From the NCBI GenBank assembly GCA_035541475.1, contig DATKND010000054.1:4069-68068 (forward strand): 64,000 nt of DNA, given 5' to 3'. This document shows, one piece after another, positions 23,341-34,047 of this stretch (position 1 is the first letter of the stretch; each line of letters begins with the position of its first letter). The notes beneath the pieces were generated by a model. The model was given only the letters and a program-made list of their open reading frames with translations. It did no database searches and was not told where the DNA came from. The translations under genes were made by a program, and so were the position numbers. The DNA comes from Myxococcota bacterium. GTDB lineage: Bacteria > Myxococcota_A > UBA9160 > SMWR01.

Positions 23341-24876
23341 TTAGCGCCGCAGGCGCAGGTAGCGCCCGAACCAGCGCGCGATGCCGGGCGTGAAGCGGCT
23401 GCGCGTGTAGAAGCCGGCGGCGCGCTTGATGCCCTCGGCCTGTGTCGGATACGGGTGGATCGTGTTGCCGATCGCGGAGAGACCGAGGTCGGCGGTCATC
23501 GCGAGCGTCAGCTCGCCGATCATCTCGCCCGCGTGGCTCGCGACGATCGTCGCTCCGACGATGCGATCGCTGCCCCGCCGCAGGTGCACGCGCACGAGGC
23601 CTTGCTCCTCGCCGTCTAGGACGGCGCGATTGACCTGCGCGAGCGGCACGTCGAGGGTGTCGACCTCGATGCCCTGCTTCGCTGCCTCGGCCGCGTGCAG
23701 GCCCACGTGCGCGACCTCGGGGTCGGTGTAGGTGCACCAGGGCATGACGAGCGACGAGATCTTCTTGCGGCCGAGCGGGCCGAGCGAGAAGAGCGCGTTC
23801 TGCACCGCGATCTTCGCCGACGCGTCGGCCGCGTGCGTGAATTTCCAGTCGAGGCAGACGTCGCCCGCCGCGTAGATGCGCGGGTTGCTCGTGCGGAGCG
23901 CGTCGTCCACGCGCACGCCTTTGCGGTCGTAGGCGACGTCCGCCTGCTCGAGGCCGAGCCCCTCGACGTTCGGCGCGCGGCCGACGCCGACCAGGATCTC
24001 GTCGACCGCGACTTCCTCCGCTGCGCCGCCCGCTCGCGCGAAGTGCAGGCGCTTCGCGCCGTCCCGCAGCGAGACGCGCTCGAGCTTCGCGCCGTGCACG
24101 ACGCGGATGCCCTCCTCGGCGAAGCGGCGCTCCAGCAACGCCGCCACGTCGGCGTCCTCGCGCGGCAGCAGGTGCGCGTCGGCGTGCACCACCACGACCT
24201 CGGAGCCGAGTCGCCGGAAGGCCTGCGCCATCTCGCAGCCGATCGGGCCGGCACCGATCACGCCGAGACGCGGCGGCCGCGCGGTCAGGTTGAAGAGCGT
24301 CTCGTTGGTGAGGTAGCCCGCCTCGGCGAGACCCGGGATCGGCGGCGCGGAAGCGCGCGCGCCGGTCGCGACGATCGCGCGCGCGAACCGCAGCCTGCGG
24401 CCCTCCACCTCGATCTCGTCGCGCCCCGTGAAGCGCGCCTCGCCGAGAACCACCTCGACGCCGAGCTCGTCGCGATAGCGCGCAGCCGAGTCGTCGTGGC
24501 TGATGCGCGCGCGCACGACCCGCATGCGGCGCATCGCGGCGGCGAAGTCGGGCTGCGCCCCCGGCGCGAGCGCGAGCCCGATCTCCTTCTCGGCGCGCCG
24601 CGCCTCGGCGGCGAAGCGCGCGGCGCGGATCACGCCCTTCGACGGCACGCAGCCGACGTTCAGGCAGTCGCCACCGAGATAGTGTCGCTCGATCATCGCG
24701 ACCTTCGCGCCGAGACCGGCGCCGACCGCCGCCGAGATCAGGCCCGCGGTGCCGGCGCCGACGACCACGAGGTTGTAGCGGCCGGAGGGTTGCGGGTTCT
24801 GCCATGCGCGCGGGTGCACGTTCTCGAGGAGCGCGCGATTGGCCTCGTCCTGCGGCTCGATCGGGGGCAGCTCCAC
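23341..24876 (-). CDS. Class I pyridine-nucleotide-disulfide oxidoreductase (mercuric/glutathione-reductase-like)
   Basis: GTG start with GGAGG upstream. FAD site VVVGAGTAGLISA. Redox-active disulfide GGDCLNVGCVPSK. NAD(P) site GVIGAGPIGCEMA. C-terminal dimerisation region HPYPTQAE. Confidence 0.85.
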   Translation of the reverse strand: MELPPIEPQDEANRALLENVHPRAWQNPQPSGRYNLVVVGAGTAGLISAAVGAGLGAKVAMIERHYLGGDCLNVGCVPSKGVIRAARFAAEARRAEKEIGLALAPGAQPDFAAAMRRMRVVRARISHDDSAARYRDELGVEVVLGEARFTGRDEIEVEGRRLRFARAIVATGARASAPPIPGLAEAGYLTNETLFNLTARPPRLGVIGAGPIGCEMAQAFRRLGSEVVVVHADAHLLPREDADVAALLERRFAEEGIRVVHGAKLERVSLRDGAKRLHFARAGGAAEEVAVDEILVGVGRAPNVEGLGLEQADVAYDRKGVRVDDALRTSNPRIYAAGDVCLDWKFTHAADASAKIAVQNALFSLGPLGRKKISSLVMPWCTYTDPEVAHVGLHAAEAAKQGIEVDTLDVPLAQVNRAVLDGEEQGLVRVHLRRGSDRIVGATIVASHAGEMIGELTLAMTADLGLSAIGNTIHPYPTQAEGIKRAAGFYTRSRFTPGIARWFGRYLRLRR

Positions 24877-24902
24877 GGTTTCCTCCGACGCTCGGGTTCT
24901 CG

Positions 24903-25609
24903 TCAGTCGCTCGTCGCCTCGGCCAGCGCGCGGCGCGCGACGCGCGTCACGTACACCGTTGCGACGACCGTCGCGACCAGTCCGATGGCGAGCAGCGCGC
25001 TCTGGCCCGGTCCGCGCTCGGGCCGCGCGCCGCCGGCGAGCGCCGCGAGGTCGCCGACCACGCGGCCGAGATACACGTAGAGGAGCGTGCCCGGCAGCAT
25101 GCCGACGGCGGCCACCGTGTAGTCGCCGAAGCGCACGCGCGTCAGCCCGAGCGCGTAGTTCAGCAGGTTGAACGGGAAGACCGGGGAGAGCCGCAGCAGC
25201 AGCACGATCTTCCGCCCTTCCGCGCCGATCGCGCGATCGATCGCCGCGAAGCGGGGGTTGTCCGCGATGCGCCGCTCGACCGCGGCGCGCGCGAGATAGC
25301 GCGCGACGAGGAAGGCGGCGCAGCTCCCCAAGGTCGCGGCGACGAACACGTAGAGCGTCCCACGCGTGACTCCGAAGATCGCGCCGGCGGCCAGGGTCAT
25401 CAGCGACGCCGGCACGAAGGCCACGACGGCGAGCGCATAGCCTGCGACGAAGACGAGGGGCCCCCAGAATCCGAGCTGCTGGACCCAGGCGGCGAACGCG
25501 GGGATGCGGTCGCCGACGCTTCGTCCGATTGCGAAGAGCGCCGCCAGCGCGAGCGCACCGAGCGCGAGCTTCGCGAGGGGCGCGCGCGAGGCGGCGGTCT
25601 CCGTCGAGG

Positions 25610-25613
<4 letters not shown>
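24903..25613 (-). CDS. TVP38/TMEM64 (DedA-superfamily) membrane protein
   Basis: TTG 25613 overlaps the upstream TGA (cTTGAcc). GFWGPLVFVAGYALAVVAFVPASLMTLAAGAIFG..GTLYV..LGSCAAFLVARYL..LRLSPVFPFNLLNYALGLT. Confidence 0.8.
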
Positions 25614-26572
<959 letters not shown>

Positions 26573-26810
26573 GCACCGCGATGGTACGCCGGATGAACGC
26601 AGGCAGTCACGCGACGCGCTGCGAGGCGGGAGCGTGCTGCTATGCTGCGCCGCGGCCGCTTCGCGCGGCTGGCGCTCTGCCCCGCGATCCCCCCGGCGGT
26701 CACGCGGAAGCGACGCCCGACGACCTCCACCCCGCCGACGGCGAGCGCCTCGCGCCGACGCGTCGGCACCGATCCCGAGGGCCGCACGGCCCTCCATCCA
26801 GGAGACTCGA

Positions 26811-27722
26811 ATGAGCGACATTCGCTTCGACGGCCGCGTGGCCGTCATCACCGGCGCAGGCGGCGGCCTCGGCAAGACCTACGCGCTCGAGCTCGCCCGG
26901 CGCGGCGCCTCCATCGTCGTGAACGACCTCGGCGGCAAGGCCGACGGCACCGGCGCGGGTCACTCGATGGCCGACCTGACGGCGAAGGAGATCAACGAGG
27001 CCGGCGGCAAGGCCGTCGCGAACTACGACTCCGTCGCCACCCCCGAAGGCGGCAAGGGCATCATCAAGTCCGCGATCGACAACTTCGGCAAGGTCGACAT
27101 CCTCATCAACAACGCCGGCATCCTGCGCGACAAGAGCTTCCTGAAGCTCGAGCCGAAGGACCTCGACGCGGTCCTCGACGTGCACCTGAAGGGCGGCTTC
27201 TACGTGACGCAGCCCGCCTTCGCGGTGATGAAGGAGCAGGGCTACGGCCGCATCGTGATGGCGTCGTCCGGCGCGGGCATCTTCGGAAACTTCGGCCAGA
27301 CGAACTACGGCGCCGCGAAGATGGGACTGGTCGGGCTCATGAACGTGCTCGCGGTCGAGGGCGCGAAGTACAACATCAAGGTGAACACGATCGCGCCGAT
27401 CGCGAAGACGCGCCTCACGGAGCAGCTCCTCGGTGGCCTGGCCGACGCGCTCGACCCGAACTTCGTGACCCCGCTCGTCGTGTATCTCGCGTCCGAGCGC
27501 TGCGAGCTGACGCACGAGATCTTCGACGTCGGCGGCGGACGTTATGCCCGCATCTTCGTCGCCATGGGCAAGGGCTGGACCGCGCCGAAGGGCGGAATTC
27601 CCTCGGCCGAGGACATCTTCGATCACATCGACGTGATCCGCGATCAGAAGGGCTACGCCGTGCCCGAGAGCATCGCGGACGAGACGCGCGCGGTCGCCGA
27701 AGCGATCAAGGCGCGGGCGTAA
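26811..27722 (+). CDS. SDR, MFE-2-type (3R)-hydroxyacyl-CoA dehydrogenase
   Basis: ATG 26811 with GGAGA upstream. RVAVITGAGGGLGKTYALELARRGASIVVNDLGG, NNAGILRD, YGAAK. Confidence 0.85.
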   Translation: MSDIRFDGRVAVITGAGGGLGKTYALELARRGASIVVNDLGGKADGTGAGHSMADLTAKEINEAGGKAVANYDSVATPEGGKGIIKSAIDNFGKVDILINNAGILRDKSFLKLEPKDLDAVLDVHLKGGFYVTQPAFAVMKEQGYGRIVMASSGAGIFGNFGQTNYGAAKMGLVGLMNVLAVEGAKYNIKVNTIAPIAKTRLTEQLLGGLADALDPNFVTPLVVYLASERCELTHEIFDVGGGRYARIFVAMGKGWTAPKGGIPSAEDIFDHIDVIRDQKGYAVPESIADETRAVAEAIKARA

Positions 27723-27732
27723 GGAGGGAGCC

Positions 27733-28584
27733 ATGCCGATCGATCCCAACAAGGCGCGCGGCGCGAAGCTGCCCGACAGCGAGACCTCGTACGACCGCGA
27801 CCGGGTGATCCTCTACCACCTGGGCATCGGCGCGGGCGTGCCCCCCACCGACGCGAACGAGCTGCAGTACACGTACGAGAAGAATCTGAAGGTGCTGCCG
27901 AGCTTCGCCGTGATCCCCGGCTTCGGCTCGATGGGCGGCATCGCCAGCATCCCGGGTCTGCAGTTCAACTTCGCGATGCTGCTGCACGGCGAGCAGGAGG
28001 TGATCCTGCACAAGCCGCTGCCGCCGGCGCAGAAGCTGAAGACCTCGGCGCACGTCCCGGAGATCTACGACAAGGGCAAGGCGGCGCTCGTCATCCTCGA
28101 GGCCAACGCGCGCGACGAGTCGGGCGACAAGCTCTTCACCAATCGCATGTCGCTCTTCATCCGCGGCGAGGGCGGCTTCGGCGGCGACTCCGGCCCGAAG
28201 GTCGGCAACGCCGCGCCGGAGCGGAAGCCGGACGGCGTGATCACGCGCACGACCTTGCCGCAGCAGGCGCTGATCTATCGCCTGTCGGGTGACAAGAACC
28301 CGCTCCACTGCGACCCCGACTTCGCGAAGATGGCGGGCTTCGACAAGCCGATCATCCACGGGCTCTGCTCGTACGGGATCGCCTGCAAGGCGATCGTCGA
28401 CGAGGTGCTCGGCGGCGACGTCACGCAGGTGGCGCGCTACCAGGCGCGCTTCGCCGGTGTCGGGTTCCCGGGCGAGACCTATCAGGTCTCGTACTGGAAG
28501 CAGGGCAAGCAGATCCTGCTCGAGGCGAAGAGCGCGGAGCGCGGCGCGCCGATCATCTCGAACGCGGTGGTCGAGCTGCGCTGA
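27733..28584 (+). CDS. MaoC-like double hot-dog enoyl-CoA hydratase 2
   Basis: YRLSGDKNPLHCDPDFAKMAGFDKPIIHG. Length and position immediately after the SDR match a split MFE-2. Confidence 0.85.
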   Translation: MPIDPNKARGAKLPDSETSYDRDRVILYHLGIGAGVPPTDANELQYTYEKNLKVLPSFAVIPGFGSMGGIASIPGLQFNFAMLLHGEQEVILHKPLPPAQKLKTSAHVPEIYDKGKAALVILEANARDESGDKLFTNRMSLFIRGEGGFGGDSGPKVGNAAPERKPDGVITRTTLPQQALIYRLSGDKNPLHCDPDFAKMAGFDKPIIHGLCSYGIACKAIVDEVLGGDVTQVARYQARFAGVGFPGETYQVSYWKQGKQILLEAKSAERGAPIISNAVVELR

Positions 28585-28637
28585 GACTCCGACGTCCCTC
28601 TGCCGGCGAGATCGCGACGGCGCTCGGCGCGGAGAGC

Positions 28638-29159
28638 GTGTTCACCTACCCGGAGGTGGGGCTCTCCCGCGAGCTGGACTCGGCCGCCGCGCGCGAGCGT
28701 CTGGCCCGACGCTACGACGTCGATCGCCGCGAGTTCGCGCTCGGCAAGGGCCGCGACGTGTTCGAGCGGGCGCGGTCGGCGCTGCTTTCCTGGCGCCACT
28801 TCGAGGTTCCGTGGCTCACGTTCCACCGCTCGGGTCCGGTTGCGCAGGGGCAGGGCGTCGCGACGGTGCTCTCCATCGCGGGCATCTGGTTCGTGAACCC
28901 CTGCCGTGTCGTCTACACGGAGCTCGATCGGCCGGACCGGGTCGCGTTCGGGTACGGCACCTTGCGCGGACACGCGGAGTCGGGCGAAGAGCAGTTCCGG
29001 GTCTCGTTCGATCCGGTCACCGACCAAGTCAGCTACAGCCTCTCGGCGTTCTCCCGTCCCGCGCTCCTGGCGACGAGGGTCGCGTACCCGCTGGCCCGCC
29101 GCGTCCAGGCGCGCTTCGCGGCAGATTCCGCGCGCGCTCTGGCGCAGGCCTCCGCATGA
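28638..29159 (+). CDS. DUF1990-family protein
   Basis: GTG start. FTYPEVG...FALGKGRDVFERARSALLSWRHF...FGYGTLRGHAESGEEQF. The in-frame upstream stretch (PSAGEIATALGAES) also looks native but has no ATG/GTG/TTG, so the true start is uncertain. Confidence 0.65.
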   Translation: MFTYPEVGLSRELDSAAARERLARRYDVDRREFALGKGRDVFERARSALLSWRHFEVPWLTFHRSGPVAQGQGVATVLSIAGIWFVNPCRVVYTELDRPDRVAFGYGTLRGHAESGEEQFRVSFDPVTDQVSYSLSAFSRPALLATRVAYPLARRVQARFAADSARALAQASA

Positions 29160-29437
29160 GCGCGACCCGGCTGGCGGTGAAGGTCGTGCCCGGCGCTTCG
29201 CGAAGCGGCATCGCCGGGTGGCTCGGCGACACCTTGAAGGTTCGCGTGACCGCGCCGGCGGAGCAGGGCAAGGCGAACGCAGCCGTCGAGGCGCTCCTCG
29301 CCGACGCGCTCGGTGTACCGCGTGAGTGCGTGCGCATAGCGAGCGGGACGGCGTCACCGCGCAAGGTCGTCGAGATCGCGTGGCTCACCGATGCGGAGGC
29401 GCGGAGCCGGCTCGACCAGGCGTTGGACGCGCGATGA
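29156..29437 (+). CDS. DUF167 (YggU-like) protein
   Basis: ATGA overlap with the upstream gene. LAVKVVPGASRSGIAGWLGDTLKVRVTAPAEQGKANAAVEALLADALGV. Confidence 0.75.
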   Translation: MSATRLAVKVVPGASRSGIAGWLGDTLKVRVTAPAEQGKANAAVEALLADALGVPRECVRIASGTASPRKVVEIAWLTDAEARSRLDQALDAR

Positions 29438-29943
29438 CTCGATACGTGGTCAGCCTCGCGGTGGCCGTGCTCGTCTGCGCGCTCGCGTTCCCCGTGATCA
29501 TGAAGGTCTCCGCGTATCTCGCGGCGGGATGGGCGAGCGCGCTAGAGGTCGTCGTTGGCGCGCTCGCTCCGCAGGCCGATGTGCCGAAGTCCGACACCGG
29601 AGTTCCACCGCCGACGAGCGCGCCGGCGCGCGCTTGCGAGATCGACTCCCTGCTCTCGTCGCTGGAGCATCGAGATCCCGTCGCAGAGGCGAATGCGTCC
29701 GTCGCGCGTGAGAACTTCGTCCTGCTCGGAGTCCACTCGTCGGAGGTGCCGGGAGTCGAAGGCGATCCCGGATGCTGGGAACGCGAGCTCGGCGTCGTCT
29801 GGATTCCGGATACGAGCGACGCGCCCCGCTGCGCCGAGCACGGGCGCCTGCAGGGCGTCGCGCGCTCGTTCGCGGAGAAATACAACCGCCTCGTCGTCGA
29901 GTCCTATCTCCGCAGCGCGCACTCGGAGTGCGTTCGCTCGTGA
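29434..29943 (+). CDS. Hypothetical membrane-anchored protein
   Basis: ATGA overlap. N-terminal TM helix MTRYVVSLAVAVLVCALAFPVIM. No family recognised. Confidence 0.5.
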   Translation: MTRYVVSLAVAVLVCALAFPVIMKVSAYLAAGWASALEVVVGALAPQADVPKSDTGVPPPTSAPARACEIDSLLSSLEHRDPVAEANASVARENFVLLGVHSSEVPGVEGDPGCWERELGVVWIPDTSDAPRCAEHGRLQGVARSFAEKYNRLVVESYLRSAHSECVRS

Positions 29944-30224
29944 AGACCCTCCCGTCCGACGTCGCTCCGTATCGACGCACACCGGAGTTCACCGAGTCGA
30001 CCGTTCCCGACGCGCTAAGGCGTCACCACACGACGAAGGCCGGCGTCTGGGCGCGCATCCAGGTCCTCGAGGGATCGCTCCGCTACCGCATCCTCGAGCC
30101 GACGCGCGAGGAGCACGTGCTCACGCCCGAGCGTCCCGGCATCGTCGAGCCCGAGGTCCCGCACGAGGTCGAGCCGTTCGGCCGCGTGCGGTTCTTCGTG
30201 GAGTTCCTGCGGACCGCGCAGTAG
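29940..30224 (+). CDS. DUF1971 (YeaR / TehB-N-terminal-like) protein
   Basis: GTGA overlap. PYRRTPEFTESTVPDALRRHHTTKAGVWARIQVLEGSLRY...EPEVPHEVEP. Confidence 0.65.
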   Translation: MKTLPSDVAPYRRTPEFTESTVPDALRRHHTTKAGVWARIQVLEGSLRYRILEPTREEHVLTPERPGIVEPEVPHEVEPFGRVRFFVEFLRTAQ

Positions 30225-30315
30225 GGCCCTTCGTCTCGAGCACCTGAGATCTCGGGACAGGGATGCGTCACATCAGCCATTTGCTTTGCGCGATGTTCTC
30301 CGGAACAGTGACGGC

Positions 30316-30942
30316 GTGAAGACGGTGCGACACCTCGTGGTGCTGGCAGCACTGCTCGCGGCGACGTCGTGTCCCGGGTTCTCCGGCCCCGCTCTTACGC
30401 CGATCCGGGTGACCGGAACCTACGAACACCCCGGGTCGGCTCTGCGGTTTCCGGAGGCGGTTGGCAGCTTTCGCCGCGCCGATATCACACAGTTCGATCG
30501 TTCGGGCGAGAATATCGGGGTCGCTTACAACTACGAGGAACCCGATGCCTCGGTCGCGTTCACGGTCTACGTTCGAAGACAGATCGTCGCCGAGAGCGGC
30601 GAAGTCGCGAGTCTTGGGCGTCAGTTCGTGCTCGAACGAGATGCGATCCGTCAATATCACGGGAATGCATCGGAGGACTGGTCGCTGGAGGTCGAGTTCC
30701 TGGATTCGGACCGAACGCTTCCCGGGTACGCAGCCGGGTTTCACTACAGCCAGCCCTTCAATTTCTCGAACCAGGACGTCATCTCGTTTCTCTACCTGTT
30801 CGATCGCGACGGATGGGTCGTCAAATACAGAGTCACGTACGCCGAACGGCAGTCTTCCGCCGAGCACGTATTCGCGGATTTCCTGAAGGTGGCGCCGTGG
30901 GGAAGGTGCACGGACTACCGCTGCACCTGGGAGCGGCTGTGA
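30316..30942 (+). CDS. Hypothetical secreted protein / possible lipoprotein
   Basis: GTG 30316 within ORF 30286..30942. Signal-like VKTVRHLVVLAALLAATSC. Visibly lower GC than its neighbours. Confidence 0.5.
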   Translation: MKTVRHLVVLAALLAATSCPGFSGPALTPIRVTGTYEHPGSALRFPEAVGSFRRADITQFDRSGENIGVAYNYEEPDASVAFTVYVRRQIVAESGEVASLGRQFVLERDAIRQYHGNASEDWSLEVEFLDSDRTLPGYAAGFHYSQPFNFSNQDVISFLYLFDRDGWVVKYRVTYAERQSSAEHVFADFLKVAPWGRCTDYRCTWERL

Positions 30943-30957
30943 GCCGGGGAGCACGCA

Positions 30958-32505
30958 TCACCGCAACGCCGCGTCCATCTCCCGCGCGACCTCCGCGGGC
31001 GAGCGGCCGCCGGCGTCGACCTCGAGGTTGGCGCGGCGCATGGTGTCGGCGTCGATCGCGTGGTCGAGCTTCGAGAGCGACTGGATCAGCTCCGGACGCT
31101 CGCGCGCGAGGCGCGGGCTCGCGAGCAGGATCGCGTCGTAGGGCGGGATCACACCGCGGTCGTCCTCGAGCACGACGAGGCGATTCGCGGCGATGCGGCC
31201 GTCGGTCGAGAACGCGCTGATCACGTCGACCTGGTCCTGCGCGATCGCCTGCACCATCAGCGCCGGGTCCATGCTGCGCTCCTCGCGGAAGCGCAGGCCG
31301 TAGCGATCGCGCAGCGCGAGCCACTCGGGGCGCTGGAGGAACTCGTAGTCGCTGCCGAGCGCGAGCTCCGGAGCGACGCGCGCGAGATCCGAGATGCGCG
31401 CGATGCCGCGCGCGCGGGCGTCGTCCTCGCGCATCGCCAGTGCATACGTGTTCTCGAAGCCGAGCGCGCACACCACGCGGACGCCGTGCTCGTCCGCGAG
31501 GTAGCGCGTCACCTCCGCGAGCATGGCCTCGCGGCGCGGCGGCAACACATCGCGGTGCATGACGTTGGCCCACAAGGTCCCCGTGTAGTCGACGAAGAGA
31601 TCGATCTCGCCGCCTCGCAGCGCGTCGAACCCGACCGTCGAGCCGAGCGACGGCACGAGCCGCGGCGTGAAGCCCGCCGCCGCGACGCGGCGCGCGAGCA
31701 GCTCGGCGAGCACGTACTGCTCCGTGAAGACCTTCGAGCCGATCGCGACCTCGCGCGCGCGGTCGCCGCGCGAGAAGCCGAACGAGACGGCCGTCGCGAT
31801 CGCGAGGAGCGCCAGCGCCGCGGACGCCGCCGCGATCGGCGCCGCGCGGCGGGTGCGAAGCCCGCGCTCGAGCAATCGGATCGACGCGTCGAGCCCGAGT
31901 GCCAGCGCGGCCGAGGCGACGCAGCCAACGAGCACGGCCGTATCGTTGCGCGTGGCAAGCCCGCTGAAGATGAAGTTCCCGAGGCTGGTCGCGCCGACCG
32001 GTGTCGACAGAGTCGCGGTTCCCACGACCCACACCGCGGAGGTGCGCACGCCCGCGACGATCACGGGCAGCGCGAGCGGCAGCTCGACGCGAAGCAGGCG
32101 CTGTCGCCGAGTCATGCCGACCGCGCGCGCTGCCTCGATCACGGAGGGATCGACGCCGTGCAGACCCGCGACGGTGTTGCGGAGGATCGGCAGCACCGAG
32201 TATATCGAGAGCGCGAGCAGCGCCGGGAGATAGCCGATGCCGCGCAGCGGAATTCCGAAGCGCGCGAGCAGAGCGCCCGCCGCCGCGAGCAGCGGCACCG
32301 CGATCGCGAGGAGTGCGAGCGACGGGATCGTCTGGAGCGCAGACGCCACGCCGAGCGCGCCCGGCTCGAGGCGGGGCCGGCGCGCGAGCGCGATGCCGAG
32401 CGGAATCGAGACGCCGATCCCGATCGCGAGCGCGACCAGCGAGAGCTGGAGGTGCGCGATCGCGTAGCCCGGCAGCAGCGCGAGCTGCTGGCGCAACGCG
32501 GTCAA
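30958..32505 (-). CDS. Osmoprotectant (glycine betaine/choline-type) ABC transporter, fused permease and substrate-binding domain
   Basis: TTG 32505 overlaps the upstream TGA (cTTGAcc). Permease helices come first, then an OpuAC-like domain (GSKVFTEQYVLAELLA...DYTGTLWANV). Confidence 0.8.
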   Translation of the reverse strand: MTALRQQLALLPGYAIAHLQLSLVALAIGIGVSIPLGIALARRPRLEPGALGVASALQTIPSLALLAIAVPLLAAAGALLARFGIPLRGIGYLPALLALSIYSVLPILRNTVAGLHGVDPSVIEAARAVGMTRRQRLLRVELPLALPVIVAGVRTSAVWVVGTATLSTPVGATSLGNFIFSGLATRNDTAVLVGCVASAALALGLDASIRLLERGLRTRRAAPIAAASAALALLAIATAVSFGFSRGDRAREVAIGSKVFTEQYVLAELLARRVAAAGFTPRLVPSLGSTVGFDALRGGEIDLFVDYTGTLWANVMHRDVLPPRREAMLAEVTRYLADEHGVRVVCALGFENTYALAMREDDARARGIARISDLARVAPELALGSDYEFLQRPEWLALRDRYGLRFREERSMDPALMVQAIAQDQVDVISAFSTDGRIAANRLVVLEDDRGVIPPYDAILLASPRLARERPELIQSLSKLDHAIDADTMRRANLEVDAGGRSPAEVAREMDAALR

Positions 32506-33269
32506 GCGCCACCGGGGGCGAGCAGCGCGTCGACCGCCGCGGCCTGGCGCCGCGGCGTGGCGAAGAGCTCCGTCACGAGCGCATCGGCGGGGCTCCGCAT
32601 CAGCTCCGCCGGCGCGCCGACTTGCACGAGGCGCCCGGCGTCGAGCACCGCGATCCGGTCCGCGAGCAGCAGCGCCTCGACCAGATCGTGCGTCACGAAG
32701 AGCACGGTGAGTCCGAGCTCGCGCCGGATGCGCGCGAAGGTCTGCTGGAGCCGGTCGCGCGTCGGCGGGTCGAGCGCGGCGAAAGGCTCGTCGAGCAGCA
32801 GCACCTCCGGCTCGGCCGCGAGCGCGCGCGCGAGCCCGACGCGCTGCGCCTGACCGCCGGAGAGCTCTTGCGGGCGGCGGTCCCGAAATAGGTCCGGCTC
32901 GAGCTCGAGCTGCGCGAGCAGCGCGTCGACGCGCGCGCGGATCCGCGACGCATCCCAGCCGAGGAGCTGCGGCGTGATCGCGACGTTCTCCGCGACGCTC
33001 ATGTGCGGGAAGAGACCGACGTGCTGGAAGGCATAGCCGATCCGCCGTCGCAGGCTCGGGCCGTCGAGCTCCCGCGTGTCGCGACCGCGCAGCCGCACGC
33101 GGCCCTCGCTCGGCGCGATCAGCCGGTTCACCATCTTGAGCGTCGTCGTCTTGCCGGAGCCCGAGCCACCGCATAACACGAGCAGCTCGCCCGTCTCGAC
33201 GCGCAGGTCTAGCGGACCGACGACCGTGCGCTCGCCGTAGCGTTTGCCGAGCCGCTCGAGCTCGATCAC
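32502..33269 (-). CDS. ABC transporter ATP-binding protein
   Basis: GTGA overlap with the GT2 gene. Walker A GGSGSGKTT, signature LSGGQAQRV, Walker B LLLDEPF. Confidence 0.85.
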   Translation of the reverse strand: MIELERLGKRYGERTVVGPLDLRVETGELLVLCGGSGSGKTTTLKMVNRLIAPSEGRVRLRGRDTRELDGPSLRRRIGYAFQHVGLFPHMSVAENVAITPQLLGWDASRIRARVDALLAQLELEPDLFRDRRPQELSGGQAQRVGLARALAAEPEVLLLDEPFAALDPPTRDRLQQTFARIRRELGLTVLFVTHDLVEALLLADRIAVLDAGRLVQVGAPAELMRSPADALVTELFATPRRQAAAVDALLAPGGA

Positions 33270-34030
33270 GCGCGCGCCCGCGCGAAGAGCTTCGCGTACT
33301 TCATCCACGCGTAGTGCGCGGTGAGGCCCGCGAGCAGAAAGCCCCGCCAGCCGTCGAGGCAGCCGCGCCGCCACAGATAGAAGTCGAGGAAGCGAAGGGG
33401 AGGGCGCAGCAGCAGGTCGTGCGCGTGCGCGCGGCGACCGTCGGCGAAGAGCTGCTCGGCCATGAGGGTCGTGTAGCGGTCGATCGTGGCGAGGTGCTCG
33501 GCGAAGTCCCGATACGGCTCGTGGAGCAGATCGCTCGCGAGGCGTCGCGTCGCGCCCTCGACCTCGACGCGGTCGTGCGGATCGCGGCCGCCCCAGCGCC
33601 CGCGGCGGCGATCGAAGAGGCGGAGCTTCCAGTCCGGATACCAGGTGCCGTGGCGGATCTCGCGGCCGAGGTAGCGCGAGAGACGCGGAAAAGCGTAGCC
33701 GGCGCAGCCGTCGAAGCCGGCGTCGCGCAGCCGCGCGATCTCGCCCGCGAGCGCGGGCGACACGCGCTCGTCGGCGTCGAGGCACAGCACCCAGTCGTGT
33801 CGCGCCGTACGGATCGCGAACTCCTTCTGCGCGACGTGCCCGGGCCAGTCGCGCTCGACCACGCGCGCGCCGCGCGCCGCGGCGAGCTCGCGCGTGCGAT
33901 CGCGCGAGTGCGAGTCGACGACCAGGATCTCGTCGCAGAAGGCGAGCGAGTCGAGGCAGGCCGGCAGCCGGTCCTCCTCGTCGCGAGCGACGATGCAGGC
34001 GCTGATCGCCGGCCGCGTCGCGGAGTCCAC
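33266..34030 (-). CDS. Family 2 glycosyltransferase
   Basis: GTG 34030 within ORF 33266..34282. ISACIVARDEEDRLPACLDSL...ILVVDSHSRDRT...CLDADE. Confidence 0.75.
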   Translation of the reverse strand: MDSATRPAISACIVARDEEDRLPACLDSLAFCDEILVVDSHSRDRTRELAAARGARVVERDWPGHVAQKEFAIRTARHDWVLCLDADERVSPALAGEIARLRDAGFDGCAGYAFPRLSRYLGREIRHGTWYPDWKLRLFDRRRGRWGGRDPHDRVEVEGATRRLASDLLHEPYRDFAEHLATIDRYTTLMAEQLFADGRRAHAHDLLLRPPLRFLDFYLWRRGCLDGWRGFLLAGLTAHYAWMKYAKLFARARA

Positions 34031-34047
34031 CGGCAGGCGCCGCCCGG

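Noticed and set aside
22808-24805. 665-aa minus-strand ORF
   Set aside because: Only its last 173 codons (the TerB-like gene) read as native. The rest is an alternative frame of the FAD oxidoreductase gene.
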